This document shows positions 8,114-18,200 of a DNA stretch of 64,000 bases, piece after piece. This stretch comes from a virus, in IMG/VR virus record IMGVR_UViG_3300002180_000002; one strand, written 5' to 3'. The translations under genes and the position numbers were made by a program. Positions within the stretch are counted from its first letter, which is position 1; the number at the start of each line of letters is the position of its first letter. The notes below the pieces were generated by a model that searched no databases, had not been told where the DNA came from, and was given only the letters and a program-made list of their open reading frames with translations.

Positions 8114-8582
8114 GCCTCGTGGATGCGCAGCATACACATAAGAGGCTATGGCTGCGCATCTATTAGGCATATACCTTGTTAGATGAGCGTTTTGTAAGCG
8201 TAGACGCAGATAATTAATTAAACAAGCACTGACCTTAGTCGATGCGTAGACATACGTTGCGAGTTAGAGGTCATTGAGCAAAAAAAGAGAAATATTAATA
8301 ATTTATAAAAAGGGTTTGTTACCAAGTGAGCATCTGTCTCCTGTTTCCTGCAACTTAGTGGCTAGACGGATAATCTATCTTGTCTTATATAAAGCGTGGG
8401 GCGTGTTCTGGTCGAATACGTCAACCGATAGACCTAACTCTAGTGTTCAGCTATGCAGCTTACCAAGTATGCGATACCTAGCCGTAGCGACCCTTTTTAT
8501 AAATTATTACTGTTTCTTTTTGCGGTGCTTGCACAATGACCTCTAACAAAAGATATAAAGCATCGTTTTAATGTGCTTTATA
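8092..8582 (+). other. GC-rich, highly structured non-coding island (candidate ncRNA or gene remnant)
   Basis: Perfect long-range complements: 8098-8111/8252-8265 (14 bp) and 8264-8276/8534-8546 (13 bp). Nested hairpin 8108-8117/8165-8174 plus 8122-8131/8151-8160. Terminal hairpin 8554-8582. Only alternative-start ORFs are present. Confidence 0.45.
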
Positions 8583-8628
8583 TAAAGTTGTAGAACGTTC
8601 AAATTTTAACTAAAAACAAACTGTAATT

Positions 8629-8769
8629 ATGGCAAAAGATAAATTTATCGAGAAAATGGAAAAAGAATGTAAAGAGGACAATCACAAGTTTAGCGAGTGG
8701 ATTCCTTTCGATGATTTGGAAGATACTAGGAATTGTATTTTTTGTTCTGAAACCGAGTATAAATTTTAA
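8629..8769 (+). CDS. small hypothetical protein (46 aa), possible zinc-ribbon
   Basis: ATG ORF read by hand, with C..DNH...C..C spacing. Its stop lies in TTAACTGTAG. Confidence 0.3.
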   Translation: MAKDKFIEKMEKECKEDNHKFSEWIPFDDLEDTRNCIFCSETEYKF

Positions 8770-8777
8770 CTGTAGTT

Positions 8778-8933
8778 ATGAAAAAATCATTTATAAATAC
8801 AGAAGAAGCTAATCAAATTTCACAAAGCGAAATAATTGCTGGATTAGAGAAACTTCAAGACAAAATAAAAGAACGTAAAATTAGAGATCGTAAGGCTGAA
8901 CAAAATTTTAATTGGTATTTACAATGTAACTAA
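8778..8933 (+). CDS. small hypothetical protein (51 aa)
   Basis: ATG ORF read by hand; the stop is followed by AAACTGTAGG. Confidence 0.25.
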   Translation: MKKSFINTEEANQISQSEIIAGLEKLQDKIKERKIRDRKAEQNFNWYLQCN

Positions 8934-8949
8934 AACTGTAGGATTTTAA

Positions 8950-9438
8950 TTATTTATTAAAATAATCCTCAAGAACAGAAGACAACTCTCTCTTATGATC
9001 TTTCCTAACAAGATTATCAGAAACCATAAAACGATCATTATTCTTTAGTGAATCAATAAAACAATCCACTATTTCTACACCAAAAGGGGTAAGCATATAT
9101 TTAAAACTTTCATTTCTACTTTCCACGATTTTAGAAACCATTCCCATATTAAGATAATTCTGAATATTAATTGTAGTATTATGTTTTTTAATTCTATAAT
9201 TAAAAACTCCTAATTCCTTAAAATACAGCAGGTTCAATATATGTTTGTGATCTAAAGCATACTTCTCACTAACATAATCTAAATGAAAACCAAGGAAATA
9301 TACTGGCAATATTCCTCTAACAGGTTCTTCAAGTAAGACACTTTTTGTTAAATACGGTTTTTCTTCATTTGTTATTACAACTTCATTTTCAGACTTTAAT
9401 TCTATTGGTTTATATGATGCCATAACCCAAATATACAA
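8950..9438 (-). CDS. hypothetical protein (only leftward gene in this block)
   Basis: 162-aa ORF; the start may instead be the MASYKP methionine at 9423. Divergent from the virion module. A CAAAatTA motif (9482-9489) could be its -7 element. Confidence 0.5.
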   Translation of the reverse strand: MYIWVMASYKPIELKSENEVVITNEEKPYLTKSVLLEEPVRGILPVYFLGFHLDYVSEKYALDHKHILNLLYFKELGVFNYRIKKHNTTINIQNYLNMGMVSKIVESRNESFKYMLTPFGVEIVDCFIDSLKNNDRFMVSDNLVRKDHKRELSSVLEDYFNK

Positions 9439-9535
9439 TATTTAATTTCTCAAAATATTCCATATTACCTGAAATCGTTATCAAAATTATTTTTATGTAT
9501 TATACTTGTGGTGTAATTACAAAATATATATTAAT

Positions 9536-10786
9536 ATGTCAACAACAGAAGGTAATGGAATTGTTATTGAGGAAGTAGGGAAGCAGAACCCGAACCCTCT
9601 TATTGATACTGCGAAAGAAAAAGAATTGGAATCTAAAGAAAACGACCCTAATCCCGATCAGGAATCTGAAAAGGATAAGGAAAATTTAGAAAAATCTAAG
9701 GAAAAAGAAAAAAACGCAGAAGAAGAAAACAAAAATAAATCTGCGGAAGAAATTCAGAAAGAAAAAGAAACTGAAAATCAGAGTTCTAAATCAGAAAAGG
9801 ATAAGGAAGATTCAAGTGAATTTTCAGTTAATTTCAAAAAAGAAGAAGCACCTAAACCTAAAGAGAAAGAAAAAAAGCAGGAATCTGCTTCTATCTCGGA
9901 AGAAAAAGTTCTTGAATTCTTAAAAACTAAAAATCCCTCTTTTAAAGATATTGAAAGTTTATCTGATATTTCAACTAAAGTCGAGCTTTCTGAACCTGTA
10001 CAGAAGTTTCAAGAATACCACAACAAAACAGGTAGAGGTATCGAAGATTTTTACAACCTACATCGTAATTGGAAAGAAGAATCAGAAGATAAAGCTATCG
10101 TAGAATTTTTGAAGCTTTCTGAAAAGAATATATCTAATGAAGATATTGAATTACAAATGGACTTATTAAGAGTTCCTACAGAAGAAAACGAAGACGAATT
10201 TACTGATAGCGAGATTAAGCAAAGGAAAATTAATTGGAATAAAACCCATAGAGAAGCTATTGCGTTTCTTAATAAAATGCAAAAAGACCTTCAAACTCCG
10301 CTTACAAATCAAAATCAGAGCGTTAAACAACGCAAGCTTACGGATGATGAATTTAATAAAATGTATCAGCCGTATTGGGATAAACGCGATAATTCCCTTA
10401 ATGAATTCAATGAATTCAGTTTCACTACGTCTTTAGGCGATATAAGTGTTAAAATCAACGAAGCCGATAAAAAAGCTATCAAAGAATTAACCCAAACTCC
10501 TGAAACTTTCTTCAATTTATGGAAAGATGGAGAAAAAGGAATAAACACTAATCAAACCGTGCAAGATGTAGCTTGGATGATTCCAAGTATTAAACAACGT
10601 ATGATAACGGAGATTTCCGCTCAAGTAAACACTTTAACACTAGAAAACCTTTCCAAGAAACAACGAAACGTGAAACTTGAAAAAATTAAAGATAAAGCGT
10701 CTCCTGAATCGTCAGTAAAAGTTGAGGTCGTAAATGACAGTAATCCTTCTACTTTCGGTGAGCCTTTAATAAAAAAACGAAGTTAA
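9536..10786 (+). CDS. putative scaffolding protein
   Basis: Acidic K/E-rich low-complexity N-half and coiled-coil-like remainder. Lies immediately upstream of the capsid candidate. The ATG at 9536 is preferred over the TTG at 9506. Confidence 0.4.
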   Translation: MSTTEGNGIVIEEVGKQNPNPLIDTAKEKELESKENDPNPDQESEKDKENLEKSKEKEKNAEEENKNKSAEEIQKEKETENQSSKSEKDKEDSSEFSVNFKKEEAPKPKEKEKKQESASISEEKVLEFLKTKNPSFKDIESLSDISTKVELSEPVQKFQEYHNKTGRGIEDFYNLHRNWKEESEDKAIVEFLKLSEKNISNEDIELQMDLLRVPTEENEDEFTDSEIKQRKINWNKTHREAIAFLNKMQKDLQTPLTNQNQSVKQRKLTDDEFNKMYQPYWDKRDNSLNEFNEFSFTTSLGDISVKINEADKKAIKELTQTPETFFNLWKDGEKGINTNQTVQDVAWMIPSIKQRMITEISAQVNTLTLENLSKKQRNVKLEKIKDKASPESSVKVEVVNDSNPSTFGEPLIKKRS

Positions 10787-10809
10787 ATAAAATATAAAAA
10801 TATAATAGA

Positions 10810-12198
10810 ATGGCTACATTCCCAGCAAATCCGCATAACAATACATCCCCTGTCCTCTTAGACGACAAGACGTATCGTAATCCAGTAGACCTTTTAGCAG
10901 AAATGCAAGCAAAAGAAGGTGTTCCTGATGAAGTATTAGACAGAGTAATCTCCCATTGTGCCGATCTTTGGCAAGACAGTTGGACAGGTTTCTTAGACGA
11001 ATACCAACACAATATTCCTTTTGAAACTGATTTTGTTCAGTTCGTGGAACATGAAACTCCTGACTATGTAATTGACGACGATGGCGCAGTTGCAAGAACA
11101 GGTGAAGACTTTACAATCACTTGGGCTAACGTTGAAGGATGGGTATCAGGTCAAAATGCTTGGTTCTTCCGTATTGACGACGTAATTATGGTTGTTGATA
11201 ATACTGGTAAAAAAGAAATGGGTGTTATCACTTCAATGGATTCAGGAACAAACACTTTCACAGCTAAATGTCGTGAAGGAGCTTCTTGGACAGTTGCAAC
11301 CACTAACTTAACTATTGACGTAACAGGGTCAGATTTTGACAGAGCTTCTTGCGGTCCAGAAGGATTACTTGAGTTAAGAAAAACCAAAACCCATATTCTT
11401 AAGCTTCAAATCGTTAAAGAAGCAATGGAATGGACAGGTGGTAAAGCATATAAATACGACTTAGAAAAAGAAAGAGTTGCTTGGTATGATGATAATACTT
11501 TAGAACTTGATCGTAGATTAAATGATAAAGTCGCTAAAACAATGCTTTTAGAAACTGAATCTATAGATGGTTCAGGCGCTCATACAGCAGGTAAATATGG
11601 TACAAAAGGTCTTTTCCAAAAATTAGAGCAAGATGGAGTTCTTCAAAGTGGTTACATTACAACCGAAGCTACTCTTGAATCTATAACTGATTATTATGAT
11701 GATCTTGGCATTAAAACAAAAGAATTTGTTTTCCACTGTGATACAGCACAATATCGTTATTTAGAAAAAATAGCTTCGGAAATAGCTACTACTCTAAGTA
11801 TTGATTTAAGTTTAGTTCTTAGTAATAATACTGAAAACAAGATGATGTTTGGTTATTCTGCTTTGAAAAAAGATGGTTATACTTTTTACTTCTCTAAATG
11901 GGAACTTAAAAACGGTAATAGTCCTTTAGGTAAAGACAGAATTAAAGACGCTATGCCAAAAGGAATAATTATGCCAAAAGGAACGGTTAAAACTATGATT
12001 AACGGAGCAGAAGTTCAAGTTCCTTATATCTTTAAAGCTTACCAAAACATGAAGTTAAAGCCGGGTCTTGTTCGTACTTTCTTTAGTGGTGGTTTTGCAG
12101 AAGGAAATGGTTCTGACTGTGAGTATTTAAAAGTTACTAAATCAACAACAGTTGCTATCGGTTGCCCTTGCCCCGAAGCAATAGTATATGTGAAATAA
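10810..12198 (+). CDS. putative major capsid protein
   Basis: 462-aa ORF after the scaffold-like gene, followed by a strong hairpin. Assigned by position and size only. Confidence 0.5.
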   Translation: MATFPANPHNNTSPVLLDDKTYRNPVDLLAEMQAKEGVPDEVLDRVISHCADLWQDSWTGFLDEYQHNIPFETDFVQFVEHETPDYVIDDDGAVARTGEDFTITWANVEGWVSGQNAWFFRIDDVIMVVDNTGKKEMGVITSMDSGTNTFTAKCREGASWTVATTNLTIDVTGSDFDRASCGPEGLLELRKTKTHILKLQIVKEAMEWTGGKAYKYDLEKERVAWYDDNTLELDRRLNDKVAKTMLLETESIDGSGAHTAGKYGTKGLFQKLEQDGVLQSGYITTEATLESITDYYDDLGIKTKEFVFHCDTAQYRYLEKIASEIATTLSIDLSLVLSNNTENKMMFGYSALKKDGYTFYFSKWELKNGNSPLGKDRIKDAMPKGIIMPKGTVKTMINGAEVQVPYIFKAYQNMKLKPGLVRTFFSGGFAEGNGSDCEYLKVTKSTTVAIGCPCPEAIVYVK

Positions 12199-12217
12199 AC
12201 GATCCATTATTTCTGTT

Positions 12218-12254
12218 GAAACGGCGCTTTCGGAATTTTTCGGAGCGCCGTTTC
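12218..12254 (+). terminator. strong hairpin after the capsid candidate
   Basis: GAAACGGCGCT...AGCGCCGTTTC, an 11-bp GC-rich stem. Confidence 0.6.
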
Positions 12255-12305
12255 TAATTATTAGAATTTATTTTATACCTTTGATAAACTTTTTATACAG
12301 AAATA

Positions 12306-13070
12306 ATGAATACCAACGATTATGTTTTCTTCCGCACACTAAAAAAATATAAAATTGTAATATTTGAAAATCCTACTTTATGGATTGATAGATACAAGAC
12401 AGGAGATAAGAAAGGCAAGGTAAGAGCAAAAGTAAAAATTAGACTAGCTAAAGATGCCGACACTATCGATTATAAAGCACAACAAAAAATTGACCCAAAT
12501 ACTCAAGCTGTATCTTTATGGATTGATATGGGTAAAGGAGTTTTTAAAATCCCGAAAGAAGATATTTATCTTCTTGAATTTCTTGAAAAATGCAAAGAAA
12601 ACGAAGCTAATGGAGGTAAAATATTTCGTAAAGTAGATGTTTCTAAAGAAAAAGAAATAGAATTAAATGCTTTTGAAGAATATGATAAAGCAACAGCTAT
12701 TATTATGGACGCAAGCGATAGAGATTTAAGAGCTATTGCTATGTGGTTTATTAATCCTTCTAAAATTAATGACGACCCTCAAGACCTTAAATTAGAGTTA
12801 CGAAGAAAATGTCAAAGCCCTACTTTTGTAGAGCAATTAAATAAATTCAACTTAGAAAATTCTAATGATGAAAAACTACTAATTTCTATTGCGCTGACGA
12901 AAAATATTATTTCGCTTGTTGACGGAAGAAGATTTGTATGGGCTGACGGAGAAGAATCAATTTATCTTTCCGCACAAGCAAAAGATTCCGTTAGAGATTT
13001 CAGTCTTTTCTTAAAGAATGATTCCGAAGGACGTGAATTTGCTAAAATAATTGCAGAAAAAATCAAATAG
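12306..13070 (+). CDS. hypothetical virion-module protein
   Basis: 254-aa ORF with TAccTTTG (12276-12283) upstream. Confidence 0.5.
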   Translation: MNTNDYVFFRTLKKYKIVIFENPTLWIDRYKTGDKKGKVRAKVKIRLAKDADTIDYKAQQKIDPNTQAVSLWIDMGKGVFKIPKEDIYLLEFLEKCKENEANGGKIFRKVDVSKEKEIELNAFEEYDKATAIIMDASDRDLRAIAMWFINPSKINDDPQDLKLELRRKCQSPTFVEQLNKFNLENSNDEKLLISIALTKNIISLVDGRRFVWADGEESIYLSAQAKDSVRDFSLFLKNDSEGREFAKIIAEKIK

Positions 13071-13078
13071 CAAAGATT

Positions 13079-13546
13079 ATGAGTTTATTTAAAAGAATTT
13101 TTAACTTAGATAATAAACACCCCACTAATACAATCAATATGAATAAAGCATATTCCACTAAGGAATTAAAAAAGTTGGACAGAAAAGAACTTGATGAAAT
13201 AGCTAAAAGCTATGGAGTAAATCCTGCTGATTTTAAAAAACAGAAAGATTTAGCTGATATGGTTTATGATAAACAATTACCATTTATGGTTAATAACAAT
13301 TTCTTATCCTCTTATAAAAGCAATAAAGTTGTTACTGGCGCAAAAATTGAAACTGTTAAAAGAAAGCCAAATGGTTCTGCTGATATTAAATTTATTAATA
13401 AAGAATTAGGTGTTCTTAATGTAGATTCTCATTATGTTAGAAAACAAAGCCCTAGAGGTGGCGGTTACTTTATTATTTATGAAGATGGAACTAGATCATA
13501 CCAATCGGCAGAAATGTTTGAAAGAGGTTACGATTCAGTAGAATAA
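13079..13546 (+). CDS. hypothetical protein with Rho-N/SAP-like helix-extended-helix segment
   Basis: LKKLDRKELDEIAKSYGVNPADFKKQKDLADMV resembles the HeH motif common in phage head-associated proteins. Confidence 0.4.
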   Translation: MSLFKRIFNLDNKHPTNTINMNKAYSTKELKKLDRKELDEIAKSYGVNPADFKKQKDLADMVYDKQLPFMVNNNFLSSYKSNKVVTGAKIETVKRKPNGSADIKFINKELGVLNVDSHYVRKQSPRGGGYFIIYEDGTRSYQSAEMFERGYDSVE

Positions 13547-13569
13547 ACAAACATAATTTATATTTAAAA

Positions 13570-13598
13570 AGCTCCTAATGTTATTAGGAGCTTTTTTT
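13570..13598 (+). terminator. intrinsic terminator
   Basis: AGCTCCTAAT-GTT-ATTAGGAGCT followed by a T-run. Confidence 0.75.
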
Positions 13599-13668
13599 AT
13601 TACTTATAATAAAAAGGCTTCATTTTTAAATTAACTATATTTGAAATACTTTTAATTAATGCGGTAAA

Positions 13669-14412
13669 ATGATAGATGCAATATACCAAACGGTTCAATC
13701 TTTATTAAATAAAGAACAACTAGGATATTTAAAACCACTTCGGTTTAATTTATATGCTAGATTAGCTCAACGAAAAATTTATAATGATTATTTTATTGAT
13801 TTAAAATCACAAGTAAGAAAACAAAACTGGATGCTTGATGGTAAAAATTTTGCAGATTTACCTAAACACACTAGGCAACTAATAGAGCATTTTTCTGATG
13901 AAACAGAAATAGCAGGTGCTTTAATTCCAATGAAGTTTTTACTGCCTGATGAACTTGAGTTTGTGGAGGATATATTCTATAACATAAACAAATCTACAAG
14001 CACTAAAACTTCCGAAGAATTAGAAGAAAACAATGTTAGAATAGAAGTAGTTCCTTACAGTGAATTTCTTGATTTACCAAGAAACAGATATGTTCCTCCA
14101 ACAAACAAAAACCCATACGGTTCAAAAGTTGGTAAATACATTAAAGTTGCTCCTAAAACCATTGAGACAATTAAGATTCATTTTTTAAGAAAACCTCTTG
14201 ACCCTAAATGGACTTTCAATGATGAATCGGGTGTTGCTTTTTTTGATGGAACAGCAGATGATTATCAAGATTTTGATCTTCCTGAAACATCTTACGACGC
14301 TTTAATACACCATATTCATGAAAACGCTTCTACAGAGCTTAAAAACGAATTAGGTGTGCAAGTAGCTAATCAAAATCAATCACAAGATTTTCAAGAAAAT
14401 AACAGACAATAA
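13669..14412 (+). CDS. hypothetical virion-module protein
   Basis: 247-aa ORF with a perfect TAtaTTTG (13636-13643) upstream. Confidence 0.5.
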   Translation: MIDAIYQTVQSLLNKEQLGYLKPLRFNLYARLAQRKIYNDYFIDLKSQVRKQNWMLDGKNFADLPKHTRQLIEHFSDETEIAGALIPMKFLLPDELEFVEDIFYNINKSTSTKTSEELEENNVRIEVVPYSEFLDLPRNRYVPPTNKNPYGSKVGKYIKVAPKTIETIKIHFLRKPLDPKWTFNDESGVAFFDGTADDYQDFDLPETSYDALIHHIHENASTELKNELGVQVANQNQSQDFQENNRQ

Positions 14413-14414
14413 TT

Positions 14415-15266
14415 ATGACTTCATTCGCAACTACAGATAAAGAATATTATGAAGACCCTGAACATTGGGGAGAAGAAAGGTATATGACTCTTGAGAATAT
14501 TATTGATAATATTATTCTTACAGCCGATGATGATTCATTCTTTAAAAAAGCAAGCAGAAAAAGCGCTTCAATTTTTGGAAAACAATGCCTAAAGAGATTA
14601 AAAATTCACGTTATTCCTGAATACAAAGCTATTGAAGTTCAATTAGCGCCAAGCAGAACTTTTCCATACCCTAGATACATGATGAATTGGGCTAGAGTAT
14701 CTGTAGTTAATTCTTGTAAAAAACTAACCACTTTAAACGTTAATAATAGCCCTTCAATCCATAGTTATCTTCAAGATGAAACCTATGAACTTTTATATGA
14801 TGAAACAGGAACAATATTAAGAGCAGAAGACGCTAATTACTCAACAGGAGACTGTACTAAAATTTCTTTTTCTTGTGATTGCAAAGATAGTATCATATCT
14901 CCTTGCAATCAATGTGGAGATTGTCAAGATGATAGTTTTAAAGACAGTTGGGTTAAAGATAATAAAGAAGGTAGTTATTTTGAATTTAGCGAAGATTTAG
15001 TTGATGAAATCATTGTTATTGAATTTCTTTCAACAGGATTAGAAAAATTAAGTGATGCTGACGTAAGAATTCCTGATGTACTTGAACTTGCTGTTGAAAA
15101 TTGGATCAGATGTTTTTTACTTAAAGGAAAAAGAAATGTTACAAGAGCAGATTGGGGAGATTATTGGGATATGTATAAATTAGAAAGAAAAAGATGTAAG
15201 CCTTTACTTAGTAAAAAAATATCTGTAGAACAAATATTAAAATCATTATCATTAAGATATAAATAA
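14415..15266 (+). CDS. hypothetical virion-module protein with Cys cluster
   Basis: 283-aa ORF carrying CTKISFSCDCKDSIISPCNQCGDCQDD. Confidence 0.5.
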   Translation: MTSFATTDKEYYEDPEHWGEERYMTLENIIDNIILTADDDSFFKKASRKSASIFGKQCLKRLKIHVIPEYKAIEVQLAPSRTFPYPRYMMNWARVSVVNSCKKLTTLNVNNSPSIHSYLQDETYELLYDETGTILRAEDANYSTGDCTKISFSCDCKDSIISPCNQCGDCQDDSFKDSWVKDNKEGSYFEFSEDLVDEIIVIEFLSTGLEKLSDADVRIPDVLELAVENWIRCFLLKGKRNVTRADWGDYWDMYKLERKRCKPLLSKKISVEQILKSLSLRYK

Positions 15267-18200
15267 TGGCTAGTATAAAAAGCATATTTGTAGCAGGAAT
15301 TACAGATAAAGAAAGTGATCCTGCTTTAATTGAACAAGGCTTCAATAGAGGTACTGAATGTATGCGTTTTCATTCAAATGGAGGAAATGATGGTATTGGT
15401 GTAAATATAAAAGGAACACTTGAAGTAGCAGATGAAACCGCTATCTATGAAGGTGATGATGAAGACACTGCTTTTAAATGTGTTGGAGGTGTCTTTAACG
15501 AGGATAACAGCACTATTTATTATCTTTTAGCTTCTTCTAGCGGGATTATCAGTAAGATTTGTTCTTATAATATTCTAACAAAAGAGTCTTCTATTATATC
15601 TCACGACAATCAAAGTAAATATAATTTTTCTATTGATAAATATATTACAGGAATTAATGAAATTGACGGCTTGTTATTTATATCTGAATGGGAAAAAAAC
15701 CCAAGAAGAATAAATATTGAAAGAGCAAAAACATACGGCTTAAATGGATTTACAGAAGAAGATATTCAAGTAGTTTTAATTCCTCCCCACCAAAAGCCAA
15801 AAATTACACTACAAAGCACTGGTTCTGAAAAAGAAAATAATATCGAAGAAAAGCTTTTATATTTTGCTTATCAATGGAGGTATTTAGATGGAGATTATTC
15901 TATAGTGTCTCCTTTTTCAGAAGCAGGATTCTTTCCTAGTAATTTTGATTATGATTATGCGACTCAATCAAATAGAGCTATGGTTAATAATTTTAATCAA
16001 ATTAAGATTGAGTTTGACACTGGAAACGAAAGAGTAGCAGAAATTAGATTAATTTTTAAAGAAAGTCAAAGTAATACAGAATGGATTATTGATGATTTCA
16101 ACAAAGAAAAGCTTGGTTACGGACATAATGAAACAAGAGAATTTCTTTTTGACAACAATAAAGCGCACAGAGTATTAAGTGATGATGTGATTAGAAATTT
16201 CGGAAATACCGTACCTCTTTCAGTTAAAACACAAACCATTATAGACGGAAGACTTTTATATGCAAATTATAAAGAATTCTATGACTTACTAGATAGTGAT
16301 GAAGAAAAAATAAACATTGACTACAATCTTGAATTAGAATCTATAAAGAATCAAATTATAGGAGAACCATCAGGTATAAGCTCACACATTCTTTTAAACG
16401 CAATTCATTCAACTGCTCCTGATTCTTTAACACTAATTATTACAACATCTGGATTGTCAGATGTTGATTTATTAGTTAACGATCCTTTAACTATAGGTAA
16501 TGGAGAAAATGCAGGAGCTTATACTATAATCTCTAAAACTAATAACTCTCTTGTTTTAGAAAAAAATAACGAACCGTTTCCTGTTTTTAATGGGGAAGAA
16601 GATAATATTATTTTATTTTTAATTTACGAGAATCTTGAAGCTACTTTAATACCCAAAAAAACAGTAAAGAGTTATAGAGATTATGAAGTAGGTATTGTCT
16701 ATTTAGATTCTCCTTGCAGAACTACCCCTGTATTAGTTAGTAAAACGAACACTTTATTTATTCCTAATATAAATTGTGTTTCCGAAAACTCTATTCATGT
16801 CATATTAAAAAACAAACCTCCTGCATGGGCTAAATACTATAGATTTTTCATCAAACAATCTAAAAAGAATTACGATACAATACTTCCTTTAATTTATTAT
16901 ACAGACGGTGTTTATAGATGGGTGAAATTAGAAGGAGCAGATAAAGATAAAGTAAAAGAAGGAGATTATTTAATTGTCAAAGCTGATTCTAATGGTATTT
17001 TAGAAACTCCCGCAAAGATTAAAGTTTTAGAAATAAAAGAACAAGAAGCTAATTTCATTAGCACTGATAATGAAGGAGAAATTGGAGAAAAAGCAGGTCT
17101 TTATTTCAAAATAATATCAGAAGGATTTAGAATAGAAGAAACAGACTTAATTAGATATAGCCTTAGATGTTCAGATGCTTTATATTTAAACTCTATATTT
17201 GATAGCGCTCCATATATTAGTGATCCTCATTTTTACGGTACAGGAGTTAACGATATGTCTTCAAGCGGTACATATTCAGGAGCAAACGAAGAAAGGCACA
17301 GATTTATTGTTGAAATTGACAGCGAACTTGGAGGTTCAGGAGGTGTTGACACCTTTAGATGGAGTAATGATAATGGAGGAACATGGACAAATGATGTTGA
17401 TATTACAGGAGGAAGTATATCTTTATCTAATGGTGTTCAGATAAGCTTTTCATCTACTACTGGACATTCTTTAAACGACCAATGGGCTGTTAATGCAAGA
17501 GCTATTTGGAGTATTAATTTCATCGATAGACGACCTTATGGATATTTTAGAACCGTAAATGAACATGATGATTTACTTGAGAATATTGAAGACGAAATTA
17601 TTTATGCAGGAGCTAGAATTAAATTAACTTACAATGAATCAGGAGGGGCAGGGGAATCTTTTGAAATAGATGAAATATCTACCGCTCAATATGACAACAT
17701 ACAAGAATGGTTTTATAAAGAAAATATTATTTCTTTAATTATTTCTCAATCAGACTTAGAGTTAGAAAACATTAGATTTATGAGAGGTGTTTTAATAGAG
17801 AGAGAATCCGAAGGGAATCGAACTGTTATACAACAAAACGACACAGAAGGAACTATGACTATGTGTGTTAAATCAAAAAATCATGAATTTGCTCCACTTG
17901 TAGAATCTTATTCAGAGATAATTCAAAACGATAATCAAGAAAATTTATTAATTCTTGAAACAGAGCCAGTAGAGCAACCTGTAGGTATTTACCATGAAAT
18001 AGGGAAAACATACGATATAGTTGATAATTATCATATTTCTGATAGTGATGTCGATGGTGATGTGGATCAATCTTTAGGCGTAGACTTAAGGGTAAAATTA
18101 GATTTTTTCAATGCTTTTTGTTTTGGAAATGCAATAGAAAGCTATAAAATAAAAGATGAATTTAATAGAAAAGGCACTGATGTAGGAATTAGAACCTCAA

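Noticed and set aside
7982-8546. Track ORFs 7982..8170 (-) and 8274..8546 (+) in the structured island
   Set aside because: Neither has a plausible gene context: 7982..8170 (-) runs antisense across the hicA 3' end and the right inverted repeat, and 8274..8546 (+) has a TTG start. Their sequence is almost entirely taken up by the long complementary segments. They are treated as non-coding, although a decayed gene cannot be excluded.
9506-9535. TTG-initiated N-terminal extension of the scaffold-like ORF, and similar alternative-start extensions at 19894, 47279, 48292, 49730, 56462 and 57929
   Set aside because: Each has an in-frame ATG downstream with better spacing to the neighbouring gene or promoter motif. 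The extensions overlap upstream genes or intergenic signals.
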